Shown: positions 56,119 through 64,000 of the stretch, piece after piece | How positions within the stretch are numbered: the stretch's first letter is position 1 | Layout: each line of letters begins with the position of its first letter | Assembly: GCA_964016885.1 (NCBI GenBank) | Contig: OZ024742.1 | Span: forward strand, 159,960,001 to 160,024,000 | Length of the DNA: 64,000 nt | Source of the DNA: Eledone cirrhosa | Lineage: Eukaryota | Direction: 5' to 3' | Notes under the pieces: model-generated | What the model was told of the DNA's origin: nothing | The model's database searches: none | Seen by the model: only the letters and a program-made list of their open reading frames with translations | Made by a program: the position numbers and the translations under genes

Positions 56119-58378
56119 CTGGGTATAAGAGGAATCAAATATAGTGTGCAAGAGAGAAGTTTACGATGATATGGTCAGTGTTTGATGTGCATGGATGATA
56201 ATGGTTGGGTAAAGAAGTGCCAGGAAGGTAGCTACAGAAAAGGAAGACCAAGGATGACTTGAGCAGAGTTGGTGAGCACTGATTTCAAATTGCTGAAGCA
56301 CAGAGTGGAGATGACAATGGAACGCAACTTGTGGAGGGAGGCTATGTTAGAAAAGACATGTCTAACACATACGCACATGGAAAAGAGATGACGCTGATGA
56401 TGATGATCTCTAGAACTAGGGCAGTGGAATGGCAGAATTTGTAGAGCATCAGACAAAATACTTTGCAATGTTTAGTTATGACTTTCTATGTTTGGATTTA
56501 AAATCTCATTTAGGTCAACTTTGCCTTTTATCCTCCGTAGATTGATAAAATAAAGTACCAGTAAAGTACAGGTGGAAGTATAATCAACTTTTCCATTCCC
56601 AACAAAATTGTTGGCCTTGTGCCCAACTTAGAAACTATTAGTATCTCTAGAATTGATAGAGTGATTGTGGAATGGAATGGATCTCCATCAGTTTTGACAA
56701 TGAGTGTTCCAGTTGTTCAATCAACAGGACAGTGTGCTCATGAAATTAACATGTAAGTGACTGAGCATCCCACAGACATTTGTACTCTTAATGTAATTCT
56801 CAGGTAATGCTGCAAGCATGTTGGCTTGTCTGAAAGGGTATAATTAACCCCCAAGGTGTGAGGTGTTGCCGATTGCCCCTCCCCCCCTTTTCTTTTTCCT
56901 TTCTTTCTTTCCTTTATCATTTTTGTTCATGATTTTATATTTGTTATGTTATGTATGTATATACTTAAAACATATTTACAATGTTATTCTACTGTAAATT
57001 TATACAACTGTAATAAAATACTTAGATTGAAAAAGGAAATTCTCAGGAAGATTCAGGATGACACAGTGCATGTCAAGGCTAACCCATTAAATTACATATA
57101 CAGTCCATCTGAAGGGATTCCATATACCCCGTTTTTGTCCACCCAGACATGGGTTGACCTGAGACTATGGTAAATGACACTTTCCCAGGATACCACACAG
57201 TGGGATCAAAACCAGGACCTAATGATTGTGAAGTGAACCTTTTCACCATTCTACCATGCTGCGTCCATGACTGTCATATGATAAATCACCAAACTCAAAG
57301 ATCGGCAGTATTTACTTTTGTCTTTCTACATTTGTCGTTAATGGTGAACATTGTGATTGTGGCATTAAGGGACTGAGCATGACGGGTGCCAGTTGAATTG
57401 CAGAGTTAAGCCCCAACAGCTCCTGGTACTCATTTATTTCAACTGGAGCAATGTGAAATGATGGAACTTGCTCAAGAACACAATGGACCACCTAGCCCTG
57501 GTATTGAAACCATGACCATACAATCATAAATCCAATAACTGATCCATTAAGCCGTATGCCTTCACTTGTAGTGATGAGGGAAAGTATTGATTGTAGTAAA
57601 TTGGTAGAAGTTTTAGAGCATTAGACAGAATGTCTTCTGGTAATTATTCTAGCACCTTGCATTCTGAGCCTCAATGTTACTGAGGTCAACAGCCTTTCAT
57701 CTTTCAATGGATATGTGGAATCATTAAAGTCTCAAACAGGATGATTTTCAGTATTTGCTCTGGCTCTTTACATTCTAAGTTTAAACTGTCATGGCCTACT
57801 TGGGTGGAAGACTTAATTGATCACCCAGTTTAACATCATCACCTAACCTACAGATGCCTTTAGCATAGTGCATCCTGTTGCAAGCATTTAGACCATCCTC
57901 TCACCAATATTGCAGGCCCTAAAGACGGTGACTAAACTATGACAAAAAATAGAAAAGAAAAATATGAAGATTTTATCATTATGAAATATTGTTTTGAAGA
58001 AAGCAAAAAAACAAGTGCAGAATATGTTAGTAATGAAATAAATATAGACTTAACCCTAAACTGCCTGAAACAGCACCTGCTTCTACCATATAAACTGTTT
58101 ATTTTAAACAGAACCGTCCATCATAATTTTATGTAAGAGTTTTTGTTAACTTATGCTCTCAAACACCAGCATGATATGGAAATCAGTTAGTTATATTATT
58201 AGATCTTCTAAATTCTTTATTATTTTCAAAATTAATTGAAAATCATACAGAAGTGCTTTTCATTAGAAATTTGGTGATGGTAATGAAAGGTTTAAGAGAG
58301 GATTTAAAAGTAAACTTTAAAAAGATTAATAAAATACACTAAAACAAACATAATTCATATCTTTTCTGCATTATTCAG

Positions 58379-58466
58379 CTCAAATAGAACTGCAGAGAAC
58401 TTACTACGTTGTATCAATTCAACTGAAGAATTTGTGCGATGTGATAATACAACAAAGTTCTTTACG
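58379..58466 (+). CDS. Host gene exon E (SNRTAENLLRCINSTEEFVRCDNTTKFFT)
   Basis: ctgcattattcag| ... ACG|gtaact; 88 nt, phase 2 to 0. Confidence 0.68.
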
Positions 58467-58574
58467 GTAACTATAAATTTTTGATCCATCAAAAGATATT
58501 TGTGCTCTAATGGTTACCATGCTGGTCTCACAATCATAAGATTGTAAGTTTGATTCTTAGAAGGGACAGTTTAA

Positions 58575-58900
58575 AACTGACATTCCATAGGAGCTCTTAT
58601 ATGCTGATGACTTAGTCCTCATAGCTGAATCCGTAGGCAAAATTAGAGGCAAAATTTCAAGATGGGAGAAGAACCAAGAGTTGAAAGGCATAAAAGTAAA
58701 CTTAGCAAAGACAAAAGTCTTAATAAGTAGGAAAGTGGACAGGAGGGTGATACTATCAGGGATGTAGCTTTGTTCGATATATCAGAAAAGGATGACCAGG
58801 AATTCCATAAGGTGCACAGAGTGTAATTTATGGATGCATAAGAGATGTAATGGGATTGCAGGCACATTAACAGAAAATATAGACTTTGTATATAGCTGAT
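58575..58900 (+). mobile_element. Decayed RTE RT fragment
   Basis: ELLYADDLVLIAES and KVNLAKTKVL, colinear with 60440-60710. Confidence 0.7.
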
Positions 58901-58934
58901 GCACAAGAGAAGTAAGCACTAAGAGCACATGTGA

Positions 58935-59390
58935 AATGTATATAGCTTTGGTGCGTCCACACTTAGAATTTATATCATCAGTCTGGAACCCCTATCTTAT
59001 TCAGAATATTGATCTCTCGGAAATCTTTCAGAGACCTGCAACCAAACAAATACCCTCCATCAGGCATCTACCTTACTCTGAATGCCTTGCTTCCCTGGGC
59101 ATGGATACATTAAACTCCGACATCTGGCAACTGACTTGGTAGACACTCACAAGATTAATATCCATCTTTCCAACAACAAACCTTAACACCTTTTTGAATT
59201 CCATGTGTCTAACACCCGTGGACATGCTTACAAAATCAGAAAACAGTACAGCTCCCATGACTTTTGGAAACATTTTTTCATGCTTAGAGTTGCTGAAGCA
59301 TGAAACAAACTACCTACATCTGTTTTTAGCTGTCAGGACACTGCATCCTTCAAAACTTCCATGCTTCCCAAAATTCGACGACACTACACC
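58935..59390 (+). mobile_element. CR1/L2-like LINE 3' fragment
   Basis: YIALVRPHLEFISSVWNPYL..IDL.E.FQR.ATK.IP..RHLPYSE.L..LG, typical of CR1-group C-termini. Confidence 0.75.
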
Positions 59391-59841
59391 TGATACCCCC
59401 CCCCCCCTCATACATACACATCTGTGTGTATCATGACCCATACACTGTTCACTTTCCTGACATTTATATATTATTCTATATACTGTACATGCATCTATGC
59501 ATCTTTGATGAGTTGTAGTGCACCTGAACACTGTACACAATAATTTTCATTATTATTGTTCAAATCCCGCCAAGGTTAACTTTGCCTTTCATCTTTACGA
59601 GGCCAATAAAATAAAGTACCAGTAACGTACTGGAATAATTGTTGGCCTTGTGTCAAAAGTAGAAACAATTATCTTGTCCAGCCCTTGCTAGCAGGGAAAA
59701 CACATGTTTGATGATGATTTGATAACATGCTTGCTCCCACACTCATTTTATATAACTTTGTCCAACTTCACATCTATTGTAACCCCTATATTTATGATGT
59801 TTACTATATTCTCTCTACAAGCCTTTATGGCTAATAAACAA

Positions 59842-59905
<64 letters not shown>

Positions 59906-59909
59906 TCAG

Positions 59910-60041
59910 TTTACAAAGGGTTGTGAATTTAAGTCAGCAAATGATGTTAAGAATTGTACAAAAGTGAAGTTAAAAGAGTTATCACTTTGTGGAGAAAGTA
60001 ACTTGATGATGTTGCATGATAAATATGTTATAGTAACTAAG
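59910..60041 (+). CDS. Host gene exon F (FTKGCEFK...HDKYVIVTK)
   Basis: (act)n-ttcag| ... AAG|gtaagt; 132 nt, phase 0 to 0. Confidence 0.7.
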
Positions 60042-60290
60042 GTAAGTCAACTCTTTCTAGTAACCATTATAACTGTTTGTATATGTTAGTAAATGTCACT
60101 GATGACATAAAAATCCAGAAATAGCTATCTATTGTGTTAGCTGTGACATGATCACAGCTTTAAAAAAAAAATTCATATTGACACACTCATATCTTTATAA
60201 TACATAAACATATTGTATATACTTTCATATAAACCCTTATGATGAACCATGCTATGTTAGTGCCACTTCTAATTACCTATATATATATAT

Positions 60291-61100
60291 ATGTATAAAG
60301 AAATAGTCAGCAAGGCTAGAATTAACAACGAATATAGTGAAGAGTTTAGCGTAAAAGTTGGTGTTCATCAGGGCTCCGTTCTTAGCCCCTTACTATTTAT
60401 TATTGCCCTTCAGGCTATAACAGAGGAGTTCAAGACCAGCTGCCCATGGGAACTCCTATATGCAGATGATCTAACGCTCATAGCTGAATCAATGGCTGAA
60501 CTAGAGAAGAAATTCCAAACATGGAAGCATGGCCTAGAATCAAAAGGCCTTAAAGTTAACTTGTCTAAGACTAAAGTTCTAGTTTGTAGGAAAGAAAATA
60601 GGGCACTGGTCCCATCTGGGAAATGGCCATGCTCAGTGTGTAGGAAAGGAGTAGGCAGAAACTCCATTTTATGTCCCAAATGCAAAGTATGGGTGCATAA
60701 AAGATGTAGTGGGATCAGAGAGCTTATACCACTATTGGCCACTAAAGGGTTCTCTCTAAAAATGAAAGGCAGGCTGTATGATGCCTGCATACGAACAGCA
60801 ATGCTACATGGCAGTGAGACCTGGGCATTGTGTGCAGAGGATATACGCAGACTGGAGAGAAACGAATCATGCATGCTCCGCTGGATGTGTAATAGTAATA
60901 TACGTGAACGGCAAAGCATAAACGAACTAAGGGAGAAATTAGGAATAAGAGGGATCAGATATTGTTTACTCGAGAGAAGACTACGTTGGTATGGTCACGT
61001 GATGCGCATGAAAGACGACAGCTGTATAAAAAAGTGCAGGGCGATAAAAATAGACGGTAGCCATGGAGTAGGCAGACCCTGAAAAACCTGGGACGACAAT
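60291..61100 (+). mobile_element. RTE LINE RT 3' fragment with internal deletion
   Basis: GVHQGSVLSPLLF, LLYADD, LHGSETW, RRLRWYGHV, GRP. Confidence 0.9.
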
Positions 61101-62345
61101 GTCACTGGACCGAGATCTTTGGCGCTACACAGTAATACAGAAGACCCGCCTTGCCTAAGTACAAAGCGAAACCTACAGTCAGTAGGCACCTCTAACAAAA
61201 TACATCCCCGTCCCACTACCCACACCCCATCCACACCACCCCCTTAAATGTGAAGTTATGTTGGTACCACAACATCCACTCCGAAACAAATGAGGTCGTG
61301 TAAGTGTCACGACAAAAAAAAACACACAGTCCACGCTGTAATGTGGCCGTGTAGGTAACACGGTAAAAACCTCCCAGTCCACACTGTAAATGTGATTGGT
61401 GTTAGGAAGGGCATCCAGCCGTAGAAAATCCGCCAGACAGTCCTATACGAGCAGGACAACAAATCTTGCCTCAAGTGGGAAAACTCCCGTCCAAACCCAT
61501 GCAAGCATGGAAGATGGACGTTAAACGATGATGATGATGATGATGATATATATTGGTACCACAACATCCAGTCCAAACTAATGAGATTGTGTAGGTGCCA
61601 CGACAAAAAGAACACACAGTCCATGCTGTAATGTGGCCGTGTAAGAAATCACTGGATTTCACTCTAAACCCTTAATAATAGGGTGGTGGATTTGCAGTGT
61701 CAGTAGAACATCAGACACCCTGCTTCGCGACATAGAGGTACGGCCCTTTGCGTTCTTAGTTCAAATCCTGCTGTGGTTAGCTTTGCCTTTCATCCTTATG
61801 GGGTCGATTAAATAAAGTACCAGTAATTCACTGGGATCAATCTAATTGACTGTCCCCTGCGCCAAATTGCTGGCCTTGTGCCTATAGTAGAAATTATTAT
61901 TATTATATATAAATAGATATAAAATTGTAACATATTGGTAACATATTTAAATGGATATATATATATATGTATACAAAGGATAAGGTAGTTTTCATTTTTT
62001 GTTCGTAATATCAGACTTGCAGAATGATTATTTAACAGTTAATGAAATGTCAACTTACCAGATAGGTCACTCAACATGTATAACTGAGTATTAATCCATG
62101 GGGATTTTTTAAGGTTCCAATAATTCATGGAGTACGTATAGTTAATATGTTAGGAAAAACATACAAGAGGCATGATAAGAAAAAATATTTAATTATACAT
62201 CTTTACATATGTTTCGTTATTGTAGTGCGAAAATAGCAATATTTCCTAACAAAACTGTAGACAATGACTCAATAACGAAACATATGTAAAAATGTATAAT
62301 TAAATAATATTTTTTCTAATCATACCATCTCTGTTTTTCCTAATA

Positions 62346-62543
62346 CAGGCATTAGAAACATGCGGCCTGAAGGCCGCCCTTTACAAGCACACCTGTGGCC
62401 TGCACAAAGGGTTTTACAGCGTGAGCATGTTTTATCTTCGTAAAATTAGTTTTAATGAGCGCAATTAGTTGTCGTGTGTGGCCTTCAGACAACACATATG
62501 TGACCCATGTGGCCCTTGGGGGACCCTCAGTTTGACATGCCTA
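62346..62543. mobile_element. hAT-type MITE nested in an older hairpin element (62137-62565)
   Basis: TIRs caggcattagaaac / gtttgacatgccta with TSD tcctaata / tcctaaca. Host arms 62140-62222 and 62271-62345 (+62544-62562) are inverted repeats. Confidence 0.65.
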
Positions 62544-62601
62544 TCCTAACACATTAACTATATATATTAATTATCTACTGTTGTCATATCTGTTTATTCA
62601 G

Positions 62602-62752
62602 TGTCAGAATGTCCCACATCGGAAGAATTACTTGACAGAATCTTTAGCAGTCCTAGAGAAAATTGCTTCTCTCCAATGTCAATATATTGTACCAATTAAC
62701 TGGATTATCCTTAATAAGAATGACCTCTATTTTTGTTCCAAGTTCTATGTTG
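62602..62752 (+). CDS. Host gene exon G, resembling kinase subdomains III-V
   Basis: tgtttattcag| CQNVPHRKNYLTESLAVLEKIASLQCQYIVPINWIILNKNDLYFCSKFYV G|gtttgt; 151 nt, phase 0 to 1. Confidence 0.62.
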
Positions 62753-63397
62753 GTTTGTATCACTATTCATATTAATCTATCCTATTTTTCTCTAATCAGA
62801 TTGATATGTTAATCTTGCATTTCATTTCCTTTCACAGAAAGTAAATAAAATAAGTGCTGACCAGTTATTGAGATTGATGAAATCAATTAACCCTAACTGT
62901 ATTTCTAGTAAATGTTTGTATGTATGGAGCTATAATTCCTGATGGACTTATAGTGGTGCTGTTGTAACATGTGGTTTATCTTGGGCACTTTTTAAATCTG
63001 GCAGAACCCATTCGCTCACCAGGTCTGAACACAGCTGTTTTCTTCCTGAGAAGAGGAGAGGATTGCAGTGATAGGGAGGAAGTGAGAAAGAGATATAGAG
63101 GAAGAATTGATTCCAGTACTAAACTGGAACATTTTTGTTAAACTTAAAAAGAATAAAGGCAAAATTGAACCTACTATTCTGTCCAGATTTATATTATAAT
63201 ACTGCAAGAACAGAAATATTATAATGAAAATCAATTTTCACTCAAGGAACCTGTCTGAGATCACCCTGGTTCTATGATATGGAAACCGTTTTTCTTAATT
63301 TATTCATTCTTATATTTAAATCTAACATAAACTGCTTAGCTAAAACATATGTATATACACAAGGAAGTATGTTTGGAATACGACGAGTGAAGTTTAA

Positions 63398-63613
63398 AAT
63401 TGAAATAGAAATTGAACTTTATGGTAACATTGACTAATATAGTGTTTAAACCTACTGAATGGAAAAAGATGGGTATCAGCGCACATGGGAGTTGAAATCC
63501 ACACCTCTCGTTTGCTGGATGAATACGCTACCATTCAGTGGGTTTATAAGCCCCATTATTAAACTATATTATTTAGTCAATCTTACAGCAAAGCTTCTAT
63601 TTCTATTTCAATT
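63398..63613. mobile_element. Diverged hairpin MITE
   Basis: aattgaaatagaaattgaactttatggtaacattgactaa pairs imperfectly with ttagtcaatcttacagcaaagcttctatttctatttcaatt. Confidence 0.5.
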
Positions 63614-63699
63614 CTGCATGTATGTATGCTGATAGAAGTAAATCAAATCCATATGCCACCACTATAGATAAAACCTGAGGGTCAGTCTGCCCTGTGGTC

Positions 63700-64000
63700 C
63701 TGGCTGACAGAATGGAGAAGACATTATCCTGGAGGACAATGAGGGAGGACACACTGGAACACCTACTCTACTTCATGTCGATTACATTTGCAGGCAGCCA
63801 CCTCTGCTCTGATAGCAGTGAGTAGGGTTGTGATCTGGGAGCCAAGAACACTGGAAGTCTCTACTGCCACAGGTTCAACCACAAACCAATCAAAGAGTGG
63901 CTGATACTTTGACGGTTTGCCCTTTTTGACCTGGCGGGCAGCGATTCTTGTGTTGGTAGCCGAATGCACCAAGTTGCCACTTGAGAAGGTGTCACAACAT
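63700..64000 (-). mobile_element. CRE-like non-LTR element, restriction-like endonuclease C-terminal remnant
   Basis: CCDTFS...AAR..K.K..KY..L....EPVAVETSSVLG resembles the FxPxAxETxG motif of CRE-type RLE domains; runs off the window edge. Confidence 0.55.

Noticed and set aside
60092-60135. CTGATGA...GAAA-tagcta-TC hammerhead-like motif
   Set aside because: Stem III is palindromic but stems I and II do not pair; at best a heavily decayed copy, so not counted.

Overview
AT-rich, repeat-dominated eukaryotic genomic DNA. The SINE, RTE and microsatellite content resembles octopus/cephalopod genomes (inference). The window holds a decayed hAT transposase (0.2-3.0 kb), a truncated Gypsy LTR retrotransposon, RTE, L1/Tx1, CR1-like and CRE-like LINE fragments, two tRNA-derived SINE families, a non-autonomous Helitron and several MITEs. 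The most distinctive signal is a dense set of Penelope-like element (PLE) copies and remnants. These include a ~6.7-kb head-to-head palindrome with one uninterrupted RT + GIY-YIG frame, four smaller inverted 3'-end duplications, and about 15 type I hammerhead ribozyme (HHR) motifs from about 7 sequence families, nearly all next to (TA)n tracts. From 46.3 to 62.8 kb, seven phase-compatible GT-AG exons on the + strand form a host gene the ORF track does not reveal as a unit. It encodes a Cys/His-rich TAZ-like segment followed by a divergent kinase-like N-lobe. All calls come from reading the sequence by eye; no database searches or folding programs were run.
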